From Gemmatimonadales bacterium (GTDB lineage Bacteria; Gemmatimonadota; Gemmatimonadetes; Gemmatimonadales; GWC2-71-9), in the NCBI GenBank assembly GCA_965249575.1, contig OZ252244.1, positions 576,001 to 640,000 of the forward strand: a DNA stretch of 64,000 nt, in the 5' to 3' direction. A program made the translations under genes and the position numbers. The notes below the pieces were generated by a model. The model ran no database searches and had not been told where the DNA came from. It saw nothing but the letters and a program-made list of their open reading frames with translations. Positions 42,459 to 51,675 of the stretch are shown piece by piece; the first letter of the stretch is position 1; each line of letters starts with the position of its first letter.

Positions 42459-42743
42459 GCGGTTTGATCCCTCCGGTGAGGGCTGGGCGCTACGCGCCGC
42501 CCGACACGATGAAGGATTCCCACCTGGGCGTTGGAACAACTCGGCGAACATGGTGAGAAGCTGACGACGGCGGTCCAACGATCCCAACTCGTTCAATCAG
42601 CATTTCCGTTTGCCCCGAGCGCGCGCCACTTGATCTCGGCGACCGGAACCGATCCGAGCCGCCGTGGCTTGGCAGTACGACATTGTTTGTCGTGAACACT
42701 CGATGGAACGGGGAAGGGTCCGTATGCATACCTGCACTTTACG

Positions 42744-43025
42744 TTACTCAGGCTCGATGAGCGGCGCAACCGTCACCGACCATCCCCGAGCACAAGCCCA
42801 CGAGCGGAGTGCATTCCTGAGCTCGGCGTAGGGGCACTCGTGATCGACCGTCGCCGCGGCGCAGGCAACTCGATCGCCCGACGCAAACCGTACCCCGCGC
42901 ACTCGGGCCAGCGGAATGCTGGCGAGTGCGTCTTCGTCCAGATTCGTGCCCCCAGCGTTGAGAATCACCGCGACGGCCCTGTACCGGTATCCCATGCGCG
43001 ACGGTAACACCACCACGATTGCCAC
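42744..43025 (-). CDS. Hypothetical protein
   Basis: 93-aa ORF co-oriented with its neighbours; no motif recognised. Confidence 0.5.
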   Translation of the reverse strand: MAIVVVLPSRMGYRYRAVAVILNAGGTNLDEDALASIPLARVRGVRFASGDRVACAAATVDHECPYAELRNALRSWACARGWSVTVAPLIEPE

Positions 43026-43098
43026 TGTGCATGGGACGGTTGCGGCACGAAACCAAAAAACGCACGAACCGTCGTGTCTCTCCCATCAAAAGACAGAT

Positions 43099-44457
43099 CT
43101 ACTCCGTCCGCTGTAGCCCATAGCGCTCGATCTTCTTGTAGAGATTGCTCCGCGGCATGTCCAACTTTCTCGCCGTCTCACTGACGTTCCACCCATTCTC
43201 AGTCAGTTTCGCCGCCAGGAACGTCCGCTCGGCTTGCTGCTTGAAGTCATCGAAGGTGTCGCACTGGACGAGTTGATTCATCCCCTCCAGCGGCACGTCC
43301 CCGCCTAGTCGGCCAACGTCGGTGGCGTCAACGGAATCCCCCGACGACAAGATCATGAGCCGCTCGACGGCGTTACGGAGCTCGCGAACGTTCCCCGGCC
43401 ACTCTCGGACGCTCAGAGCCCGCACTGCTTCGGGGGCGACTTGCTTGCCCGCCAGACCCGGGTCCCGACCGAGATCGGCAACGAATCGCTCGATGAGCAG
43501 CGGGATATCCTCGCGCCGAGCCCTGAGCGGCGGCACCGAGATTGGTACGACGTTGAGGCGATAAAGCAGGTCTTCGCGGAATCGGCCGGTCGCCACTTCT
43601 TCTTCTATCGCCTTGTTGGTCGCGGCGATGACCCGCACATCGACCTGCACCGCCTTCGACGCTCCGACCCGCGTCACTACACCCTCCTGCAGGGCGCGGA
43701 GCATCTTGGCCTGGGCGGCGAGGCTCATGTCGGCGACCTCGTCTAGAAAAAGCGTGCCCCCATCCGCCTGCTCGAACTTGCCGGGCCGATCGGCGACCGC
43801 CCCAGTGAATGATCCCTTCATGTGCCCGAACAGCTCGCTCTCAATCAACTCTGACGGGATCGCCGCGCAGTTCACCTCGACGAACGGCTTAGTGGCGCGA
43901 GTGGATCGCGAGTGTACCCCCCGGGCCACAAGCTCCTTGCCGGTGCCATTCTCGCCCATGACCAGGACGCGGGCCGACGTCGGCGCCACCTTGGCAATCG
44001 TATCGAGCACCTCGCGGATGGCCGGACTCTCCCCGACGATCTCGTACTGATCCGATGCGTCGGCGCGGAGTCGCTCGTTTTCGCCCGTGAGGGCAACGCG
44101 CTCGAAAGCGTTGCGCAGTGTGAGCAGGATCCGGTCCGTGTCCAGCGGCTTCTCGAGAAAATCGTACGCACCGAGCTGGGTGGCCTCGACGGCGGTCTAA
44201 ATCGTTCCATGGCCGCTGATCATCACCACGTGCACCGCCGGATCCATCTCCCTGAGCGCCGACAGCGCTGCGAGCCCGTCCATACCCGCCATCTTCACAT
44301 CGAGAAAGACGAGATGTGGATGGAACTCTTTGAACACAGAGAGCGCCCGATCTCCCGACGAGGCCGTTCGGACCTCGATTTCCTCGTACTCGAGCAATTG
44401 CCGGAGGGCATCGCGGACTCCCTTTTCGTCATCAACAACCAGCACGCGCCTAGCCAT
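43099..44457 (-). pseudogene. NtrC/NtrX-like sigma-54 response regulator interrupted by an in-frame TAG (44197-44199)
   Basis: REC (VVDDE, FLDVKM, ISGHGTI*TAVEATQLGAYDFLEKP) continues in frame into AAA+ (GENGTGKE, GSFTGA, LFLDEV) and HTH. Confidence 0.9.
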
Positions 44458-45116
44458 CAACGCCCCCGCCGGTAAAAGGTCACTCCCTCCGGGCGGATCC
44501 GTACATCCCGCACGGTGCGGGGGACGGAAACCGGAATCGCACCATCCGAGCGACCGGTCAACGTATTCACCAACTTGGGAATCACGACCCCGGGGAACGG
44601 GAACGAACGAACCACGAAACTGTCCGGTACCCACGCGAGCATGCCGTCATCGACCCCACGAGGCCCCCCCGAAACCCGCAATGGCTCTCGCTCGCCGAGG
44701 GCCGCGGCGAACGGCCCCAGCAGCTCGCGGCCCAGGATGCGCGTGGCCACAGAGGCCCGGAGCGTGAGGCGGTCGTCGTGGAGGGTCACCTCGATCGAGT
44801 CGAGCGCGTCCCGCGCCCGTGGCTCGAGGCCCGCCTCGATGATCGACGCCATCTCGCTCGGTGTGAGCTCGACGACCTCCGGACCGTCGGGGCGCTCGAT
44901 CGCGCCCTGCTTCATGAGCGCGGATCGCAGCGCGACGATGGACGCGCCGCCGGTCGCGGCTGCGGTAGGGAGCGGCCCGCGCGGCCCATCGACACCCCGC
45001 AGCGACCCGAAGGCGCCCCCAATCTGGCCGCGGTAATGCCACCCGGCGATGCCACCGAGCACGACGAACACCAAGCAGCCCACCATCGCGAACGTACTCT
45101 TGAGGCAGCCGGCCAT
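44457..45116 (-). CDS. Hypothetical membrane-anchored protein (LmeA/DUF2993-like tubular fold possible)
   Basis: N-terminal TM then beta-rich region; TGATG-coupled to the regulator. Confidence 0.55.
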   Translation of the reverse strand: MAGCLKSTFAMVGCLVFVVLGGIAGWHYRGQIGGAFGSLRGVDGPRGPLPTAAATGGASIVALRSALMKQGAIERPDGPEVVELTPSEMASIIEAGLEPRARDALDSIEVTLHDDRLTLRASVATRILGRELLGPFAAALGEREPLRVSGGPRGVDDGMLAWVPDSFVVRSFPFPGVVIPKLVNTLTGRSDGAIPVSVPRTVRDVRIRPEGVTFYRRGR

Positions 45117-45685
45117 TACCCTGTGAACACTAAAGGAAGCGACCGGCGAAGGCTGTAACGAGCCCCACGTGCGCTCAGGTGGCTCTCCATGAGATCGATG
45201 GACGGAACCGGCACGTCGGTCTCGTAGGGAAGCTGGTCGAGGACGTCGCCAAGTCCGGCGAGCGCGCGCTGATCCGAACCCTTCTTGACGCGACCCAGCG
45301 TGAGATGTGGGCGGAATGGACGGCCCTCAATCGGGAATCCCACCCCTTCGAGCTGCCGCTCGAGCCGATCCTGCAGCAGCTCGAGCGCCGGGACATCGCC
45401 ACATCCAACCCAAACGACTCGCGCGTTCGCGGGCGTTGGAAACGCGCCAAACCCACCGAGCGGCAGCTCGAACTCGCGTGCGTCGCCAATCGCTTGCTCG
45501 AGTGCACGCTCGACGGTCGCCAGTCGCTCGTCGGCAACGTTTCCGAGAAACTTCAGGGTGAGGTGCATGCTCTCGGGCGCGACCCAGCGCACCGGGAACT
45601 CCGCCGATCGAAGCGGGGTGGCCGCCTCCCAAACATCGCGCCGGACAGCCCCTGGAAGGTTGATCGCGACGAATAGCCGGGGCAC
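45116..45685 (-). CDS. thpR: RNA 2',3'-cyclic phosphodiesterase
   Basis: RLFVAI, two 2H motifs HLTLKFLG and FRPHLTLGR. Confidence 0.93.
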   Translation of the reverse strand: MPRLFVAINLPGAVRRDVWEAATPLRSAEFPVRWVAPESMHLTLKFLGNVADERLATVERALEQAIGDAREFELPLGGFGAFPTPANARVVWVGCGDVPALELLQDRLERQLEGVGFPIEGRPFRPHLTLGRVKKGSDQRALAGLGDVLDQLPYETDVPVPSIDLMESHLSARGARYSLRRSLPLVFTG

Positions 45686-46513
45686 TCAGGCACGCTCCGC
45701 CAACAACTCGACGCTGGACTCGCCGCCGCCGAGCAGCTTACCCCGTCGATACCCGTCGAGGTCGAGCGTCACGCGCGAGAACCCCAGCAACAGAAACCGA
45801 TCGCGGATACGGCATTGATAGAGCCTGACGAGCGGGAACTCGCTGGGAGCCACCTCGAGCCGCGCTTCCTGACCGCGATGTCGAACTCGCAGATCTCCCG
45901 TGACTCCGATCGATCGCAGGACCGCCTCCCCGTTTTCCACCTGCCGGAGGCGGGTTGGGGTGACCGACAGCCCGTACATGACCCGGCTGGCGAGACACGG
46001 GGCGGCAGGCGCATCCCAAACGGGGATCCCGAGCGCTCGGGCCTCTCGCCGGATGTGTGCTTTCGTGTAGCCTGCTTCCACGAGCGGCGATCGAATACCG
46101 TGCTCGGCAGCTGCCTTCGACCCCGGGCGATGGTCGTCGAGATCATCACTGTTCGTCCCGTCGACGATGCAGGAGAACTCGTGGCGAGCGGCGACGTGCT
46201 CGAGCTGGTTCCACAGCTCGTGTTTGCAGAAGTAGCATCGACTGGGGGTGTTTGCCGCGTAACGGGTGTCGCCGACTTCGCCGGTGGGGACTTCGATCAC
46301 CCGAACGTCGAACATGCCGGCGACGCCAAGCGCTTGCCGATACTGCGTCTCGGACAGGGAGGCACTCACGCCGATCGCAGCCGCCGACCGCTCGCGCCCG
46401 AGGACCCGACGCGCGACCACTGCGAGGAGCGCAGAGTCTACCCCGCCGGAATAACCGATCAGGAGCGAGGGGAATGTTCGCAGGAGATCGGCGAGCGGAG
46501 ACGAGCTGCTCAT
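45686..46513 (-). CDS. larE: LarE-family ATP-dependent sulfur transferase
   Basis: YSGGVDS PP-loop, RCYFCK, DGTNSDD..DHRPG, PCLASR, LRVR, VTLDLDGYR. Confidence 0.9.
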   Translation of the reverse strand: MSSSSPLADLLRTFPSLLIGYSGGVDSALLAVVARRVLGRERSAAAIGVSASLSETQYRQALGVAGMFDVRVIEVPTGEVGDTRYAANTPSRCYFCKHELWNQLEHVAARHEFSCIVDGTNSDDLDDHRPGSKAAAEHGIRSPLVEAGYTKAHIRREARALGIPVWDAPAAPCLASRVMYGLSVTPTRLRQVENGEAVLRSIGVTGDLRVRHRGQEARLEVAPSEFPLVRLYQCRIRDRFLLLGFSRVTLDLDGYRRGKLLGGGESSVELLAERA

Positions 46514-46654
46514 GCGGCTATAGATAACCGGGGCCGGTTTGCAAAGGAAGCGGCGGAGCCCTGGCCGGGCACACCTCCCACACGCACTATTGTCCCACTG
46601 GACTGTGTGTGGGACAGCTGCGCCGGTGCGACACCTTTGGGACCGGGGGAACCA

Positions 46655-47152
46655 ATGATGCGTACACTCTGGGTCGCCGTGCTTGCGGCGGGTGCGCTTT
46701 GGGCTGCGGGAGCGCTCGCCGTTGAGCATCGGCAGGGGCCCACCGTGATGGCGCTGCGCTTCATGGCGGGCTGCTGGAGGGGGCAATTTGCGCGCGGGGC
46801 TGGGACCGGGATCATCGAAGAACATTACACGGAACCGTCGGACAACACGTTGCTGGGGACGACCCGCTATCTCCTGGAGCAACGCACCATCCAATACGAG
46901 CTAACGGTTATTACACAGGACAGCGCCGGCGTGTGGATGATCCCCTACCCCGGCGGCCGCCGCTCTGAACACGCGTTTCTCTTGACGGGGGTGACGGAGA
47001 ATAGGGCCATCTGTGAGGCACCCGAACACGACTACCCCAAACGCATCATCTATCGAGCCGACGGCGACTCCGTACTTCGGGCAAGCATCGACGCGGGCCC
47101 TCGAAACGAACGTCCGCGCACCTGGACCATGACACGATCTAAGTGCCCGTGA
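46655..47152 (+). CDS. Exported DUF6265-like protein
   Basis: Signal peptide; FMAGCWRG, IEEHYT, PEHDYPKRIIY. Confidence 0.7.
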   Translation: MMRTLWVAVLAAGALWAAGALAVEHRQGPTVMALRFMAGCWRGQFARGAGTGIIEEHYTEPSDNTLLGTTRYLLEQRTIQYELTVITQDSAGVWMIPYPGGRRSEHAFLLTGVTENRAICEAPEHDYPKRIIYRADGDSVLRASIDAGPRNERPRTWTMTRSKCP

Positions 47153-47207
47153 TTGTCTCTCGCGCCGACGTCTTGCGTTTTAGGCGTGCTAGGTCGGGCG
47201 GAGGCGT

Positions 47208-47495
47208 CTACCCGTGGTCCGGATCGGACCGATTGAGGTCAACCGGATCGACTGTCGCGTGATCTGCTGCCTCGAGCGCGACGAGCGCGGCCCCCAGGGT
47301 GCGGCGCGCGTCGATCAGCCGCACCAACCCCTCGCCGACGTCAGTTGCGGTCGGCTGCGCCCTCCCGTGCCTCTCCCCGGCCGACGAGGCCGCCGCGTTC
47401 CCGGACGTGTTTCGGCCGGTGGCTTGGTCCAGGACGAGTAGTTGGTGACGGACGGCCTCCAGCGCAGTCGAAATCACTCCGGTTTCCAGAGACAT
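47208..47495 (-). CDS. Small protein resembling the flagellar rod/hook terminal helices (Flg_bbr_C-like)
   Basis: DVGEGLVRLIDARRTLGAALVALEAAD...VDL aligns by eye to DL.EEMV.MI.AQRAY.AN.KVI.TAD...DL. Confidence 0.5.
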   Translation of the reverse strand: MSLETGVISTALEAVRHQLLVLDQATGRNTSGNAAASSAGERHGRAQPTATDVGEGLVRLIDARRTLGAALVALEAADHATVDPVDLNRSDPDHG

Positions 47496-47713
47496 CAGCC
47501 CCCCTGGGTGGGACAGGCGCGTATCGTGAGGATCAGTTCCGGAGTCAGGAGCTGCGTGCTCTCCGGGAGGGTGCTGTCGGGCTTGATGTGCACCACTGCT
47601 CGCCCACACTCGGCCACGGCCTGCCGGTAGTCCACGCCCGTCGATCCGGTCAGCAGCTCCCCAACGGCACACCCGTTGAGGGCCCCGATCAGCCCTAGTA
47701 CGAGAGCCTTCAT
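47495..47713 (-). CDS. Small putative lipoprotein
   Basis: GAGGGGG RBS; MKALVLGLIGALNGC lipobox; TGATG coupling to the next ORF. Confidence 0.55.
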   Translation of the reverse strand: MKALVLGLIGALNGCAVGELLTGSTGVDYRQAVAECGRAVVHIKPDSTLPESTQLLTPELILTIRACPTQGG

Positions 47714-47789
47714 CGCTCGTCCCCCTCAGGTAACGTGAGGATCGGCGACAGCAGGAGGTTTCTTGAGTTTTGGGGGTCCGGTGGGAGAC

Positions 47790-48782
47790 TCACCCCGTGA
47801 CGTCCCGGAACATCTTTGCGCTTTGTTCGGGACTCACGGATACGACGGCGACGCCTGATGCCGATTCGAGGCCCGCCGGAATGCTCATGCGCGGCTGAAT
47901 CCGCGCGTGCCAGCGGAACGCCCCGCGCCCGGCGCTTTGAGGAACGGAGACGATGACGACGTTACAGTCCGGATCGTCAAGGGCCTGTTCCACACGCCTG
48001 AGCGTCTCGCGGAGCACGTGCGCGAAGACCGCTAGAGAGGCCCCCGGTTCCTCCGTGAGACTCGCTCCCGCTTCGGTCGGGACGATCCAGGTCTCTCCCG
48101 CCCACCGCGGGGCATAGGGACAGAAGACCACGAAGCCCTCCCCGGCACGTATCACACGTGTGTCCGCCCCGAGCTCGGCAGCGATGACGTCGTCGTACAC
48201 CGACCGCCCAGTCGTCTCGTAGTACCCGCGCGCGACCCCGAGCATCCTCGCGCTGCTCGGCGAGTCGACAGGAGTCGAGATGAGCTGCCAGTGGGGGTGG
48301 GTGAGGGAGGCACCGGAGCCGATCCCATGGTTCTTGAAGACCGTGACGAGCGAGGCATGGTTCTCTGCCTCGACGACCTTGCAGCGCTCCTGCGCGACGC
48401 CCAGCACGGCACGGCCAACACGGGAATCACGGGACGCCAGCGCGGGTCGATGGTTCCGGCCTTCCACGATGACCTCATGTCGGCCGAGGGCCGGGATCGA
48501 GGTGAAAGGCGCGGGGGGCGCGGCACCGTTGGCGCTCGGTGTCCCGCCCAGCGCCGGGTACTTGTTCGGGACCAGGCGCGCGAGCCAGTCGCCAATCTCG
48601 GGAAAGCGGGTGATCTCGGGCGGCGTGCACGACTCGTTCCCGGGACAAAATGGACACGCGGGATCGAACTCCGGGCGGGCAGCTACTGGCGCCGCCGAAA
48701 CCCGCTGCACTGGGCGGCGAGCCCGCTCCGCCGCTACTACGACCCACTCTCCGGTAGTCGGGTCTCTCCTCAGCTCCGGCAC
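47790..48782 (-). CDS. GalT-family nucleotidyltransferase / NDP-glucose phosphorylase-like
   Basis: ELRRDPTTGEWV, CPFCPGNE, NKYPAL, HEVIVE, GASLTHPHWQ. Confidence 0.88.
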   Translation of the reverse strand: MPELRRDPTTGEWVVVAAERARRPVQRVSAAPVAARPEFDPACPFCPGNESCTPPEITRFPEIGDWLARLVPNKYPALGGTPSANGAAPPAPFTSIPALGRHEVIVEGRNHRPALASRDSRVGRAVLGVAQERCKVVEAENHASLVTVFKNHGIGSGASLTHPHWQLISTPVDSPSSARMLGVARGYYETTGRSVYDDVIAAELGADTRVIRAGEGFVVFCPYAPRWAGETWIVPTEAGASLTEEPGASLAVFAHVLRETLRRVEQALDDPDCNVVIVSVPQSAGRGAFRWHARIQPRMSIPAGLESASGVAVVSVSPEQSAKMFRDVTG

Positions 48783-48786
48783 GCCA

Positions 48787-50226
48787 CTACGAAGCCTTAC
48801 GCATGCCGCGCCGGAAGCGCTCGGGATCGGCCGCAAACTGCGCGCGCGAGCCCTCGCCGTTGAAATGATACGTTCGCCCCTGATAGACCTCCTGCAGGGA
48901 GGTGGCCGGATCAATGGCGATACCCGAGACCGGGTCGCGTTCCTCGCCACTCAGGGCAGCCATTGCCACCGGGGTATGCCGAGGGACCCGGCGTCCCAGC
49001 AGGGACGCGTACAGCTTCAGTTCGTCTGCGATCAAACGCGTGAGCAGGAACCGGTCGCGCACGAGCTCCCGGCCTGCCCGCGCGAGCTGTCGGGCACGGC
49101 GGGGGTGTCGCACCAGCTGAACGATGTTCTCGGCGCATTCCTCGACGGTATCGATGAGCGCGCCACCCGAACCGCCGGGCATCTGGAGCGGTATGCCGCC
49201 GCTTCCCCTGGCGACCATGGGCGTGTCCTTCCACAGCGTCTCGGATACGATGAGCCCAAACCCCTCGCGGGTGGACATTTGAATCGCCACGTCGGCCAAG
49301 CGCTGGAAGGCGTTGACCTCCATGTTGCCAACACCGTTGAGATTCGTGTGGAGACCGATGTCCCTATCGCCCTCGGTGGCAGCGCGGACCTGCTCGTAGA
49401 TCTCGCAGCCTTCCGGATCGTCCAGGGCCATCGATCCCACCATGGCGAGCTGAAGGCCAGGGATCTCCTCCCGCGCAAGCCGGTATGCTTCGATGGCCCC
49501 GAGCGGGTCCTTCCACGGATCGAAGCGGCTCACTTGGGCCACGAGCGGCCTGTCGGGATCCACCCCGATCCACTGGAGCATGCGCTTCGCCGTCGACGGC
49601 TTCAGCACCATGTTTTTCGGGCTCTCGGGATCGATGGCCGGCGGGATGATCTCCACGCGCTCGAGCGGGATGTCGGGCGGGACGAACCCGCCGAGAGTGA
49701 AGACGGCCGCGTCGTAGTGCCGGACGTACGGCCGGAGAAACGCCCACGTTTCGGCGTTCGGCCGAGCCGTATCGATGTGGCACCGCCAGATCCACTTCCC
49801 ATCCCGCCGGCCATGGTACTCGGTCAGCCCGAGGGGCTGTGGATCGTGAATGAAGTACAGATCGTATTCGGATTCGAGCAGCGCCGCGTTGGCCTTGGAG
49901 TTTGCGACGTATGTCTCGCGGTCTATCTGGGTCAGGCCGCGCTCCGAGCCCTGGAGCCCATTGTGCATCGCCTTGGTCGCTCGGAAAAACGCTTCGCCAC
50001 CGGTGATGATCTTCCACGTCGCGTCGAGCCCGAGGTCCCGCAGCAGCGGGATCTCCGAACGCAGGATCTCCGCGACCCCTCCGCCGTACGGCGTGGCATT
50101 CAAATGGAGCACGCGGACACCCTGAAGCGATTTGGCCAGTGCGCGAAGTTGATCGATCACGTCCGCGCCGGCGCTGGCCGCGTAGGCGTCGATCCGATGT
50201 TTGCCCACGTCAACGGACTGGAGCAT
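48787..50226 (-). CDS. treT: Trehalose glycosyltransferring synthase (GT4) with C-terminal YHS-like domain
   Basis: [53 protein letters not shown]; tail DPVSG...YQGRTYHF...FAADPERF. Confidence 0.88.
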   Translation of the reverse strand: MLQSVDVGKHRIDAYAASAGADVIDQLRALAKSLQGVRVLHLNATPYGGGVAEILRSEIPLLRDLGLDATWKIITGGEAFFRATKAMHNGLQGSERGLTQIDRETYVANSKANAALLESEYDLYFIHDPQPLGLTEYHGRRDGKWIWRCHIDTARPNAETWAFLRPYVRHYDAAVFTLGGFVPPDIPLERVEIIPPAIDPESPKNMVLKPSTAKRMLQWIGVDPDRPLVAQVSRFDPWKDPLGAIEAYRLAREEIPGLQLAMVGSMALDDPEGCEIYEQVRAATEGDRDIGLHTNLNGVGNMEVNAFQRLADVAIQMSTREGFGLIVSETLWKDTPMVARGSGGIPLQMPGGSGGALIDTVEECAENIVQLVRHPRRARQLARAGRELVRDRFLLTRLIADELKLYASLLGRRVPRHTPVAMAALSGEERDPVSGIAIDPATSLQEVYQGRTYHFNGEGSRAQFAADPERFRRGMRKAS

Positions 50227-50396
50227 TCCGGAGCCCCTTTCGGTGAGGGCGCGCCCTCCTCCCAACCGGGAACCACAGCGCTACCCCCGGGACACATAGA
50301 TGATCGGAGTATCGGCGGGGCCAGCCCGAACTGGAGTGTCTCAGCGTTGAGGGGTTGGAGGGCGCCGTGGAGGCGCCATGGTATATTGCTGGCGTC

Positions 50397-51671
50397 ATGG
50401 CCCAATCCGTACGGCGGCGCCCGCCGTTGCGCACCACGGGTGTCCTCGCGCTTATCACCGCGGGGCTGACGATACCCGCCTCGGCCAGGCAACGGCCGCC
50501 CGAACCCACACCCGCCCCGAGCTCCGGATCGCAAATCGAGGTCTACCTGGTCACGATGGGGCCGGGCGAACAATCCTGGGAACGCTTCGGCCACAACGGC
50601 ATCTGGGTACGAGATCCCGGGCACGGGGTCGACGCGGTCTACAACTACGGACTGTTCAGTTTCGAGCAGGATGGGTTCCTGCTGCGCTTCCTGCGGGGAC
50701 GGATGATGTACTGGATGCAGGGGCTCCCTGCCGAATCGCATCTAGAGTGGTACCGCAGCGCCAACCGGTCGGTCTGGATTCAGGAACTCAACCTTTCCTC
50801 GGCACAACGCGTGGAGATTCGAGACTTCCTGTTGTGGAACGAACGCCCCGAGAACCGCCTCTATCGGTACGACTATTACCTGGACAATTGTTCCACCCGG
50901 GTCCGTGACGCCATCGACCGAGTGCTTGGGGGGCGAATTCAGGAGCAGACCCAGGATGCCCGGCCGGGCACAACGTTTCGCTTCCACACGCGTCGTCTCA
51001 CTACCGCCGACCTGCCGTTGTTCACCGGCTTGACGATCGGTTTGGGACGTTTCGTCGACCGCCCCATCTCGGTCTGGGAGGAGATGTTCTTGCCGCTCAA
51101 GGTCAGGGAACATGTCCGCGACGTGACCGTTCTCGCTGCCGACGGCCGCGCCGTTCCCCTCGTGCGATCGGAGCGAACGCTCTTCGAGAGCACCGTACCG
51201 CCGGAGCGCACATCCCCTCCGACCTGGTGGCCGGGCTACCTCGTGTTGGGCCTCGGCCTCGCAACCGTGTTGGCGGCGCTCGCGAGAACGGCCACGAGCA
51301 GCGACGGCGCACGTATTGCTTTCGCCGCAACCGCAACGATCTGGGCGTGCGTCTCGGGTGTGCTGGGAACCATCCTCGCCGCTCTCTGGCTTCTCACCGA
51401 CCACACCGCCGCCCACTGGAACGAGAATCTGCTGCTGTTCAGCCCGCTCACCCTCGCGCTCGCGGCCGTCATTCCCTTTTCCGTTCGTGCGTGGCCGCGT
51501 GCCGCGAGATGGGCGAAGGGACTCAGCCTCGCCGTGGCGGTCCTGGCTTTGCTCGCATTAGTCGGAAAGGTATTGCCAGGCTTTTACCAGGCGAACGGCG
51601 AGCTGGTCGCGCTCGCTCTACCGCCTACCCTGGCGCTCGCGTGGGGGGTTCGGAGGGTGGTGACACAATGA
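50397..51671 (+). CDS. DUF4105 / Lnb-like protein with C-terminal membrane helices
   Basis: LVTMGPG, FGH, YNYGLF, YRYDYYLDNCSTR, EMFLP; four TM helices. Confidence 0.8.
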   Translation: MAQSVRRRPPLRTTGVLALITAGLTIPASARQRPPEPTPAPSSGSQIEVYLVTMGPGEQSWERFGHNGIWVRDPGHGVDAVYNYGLFSFEQDGFLLRFLRGRMMYWMQGLPAESHLEWYRSANRSVWIQELNLSSAQRVEIRDFLLWNERPENRLYRYDYYLDNCSTRVRDAIDRVLGGRIQEQTQDARPGTTFRFHTRRLTTADLPLFTGLTIGLGRFVDRPISVWEEMFLPLKVREHVRDVTVLAADGRAVPLVRSERTLFESTVPPERTSPPTWWPGYLVLGLGLATVLAALARTATSSDGARIAFAATATIWACVSGVLGTILAALWLLTDHTAAHWNENLLLFSPLTLALAAVIPFSVRAWPRAARWAKGLSLAVAVLALLALVGKVLPGFYQANGELVALALPPTLALAWGVRRVVTQ

Positions 51672-51675
51672 GTCA

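Noticed and set aside
42608..42632. Sigma-54 promoter for the sigma-70 gene (TGGCGCG... on the minus strand)
   Set aside because: GG-to-GC spacing is not 10 nt and there is no TTGC.
44197..44199. Genome-wide TAG recoding (alternative code or pyrrolysine)
   Set aside because: TAG correctly ends hppA, ychF, rpsR, rplI and cspA in this window, and no pyl genes are seen.
46514..46894. Long N-terminal extensions given by the ORF track (larE, prfA, rpsF, rsfS, DUF6265)
   Set aside because: They overlap neighbouring genes; family motifs and RBS positions favour the downstream starts.
48280..50469. 729-aa plus-strand ORF
   Set aside because: Antisense shadow of treT/galT in high-GC DNA; no motifs.
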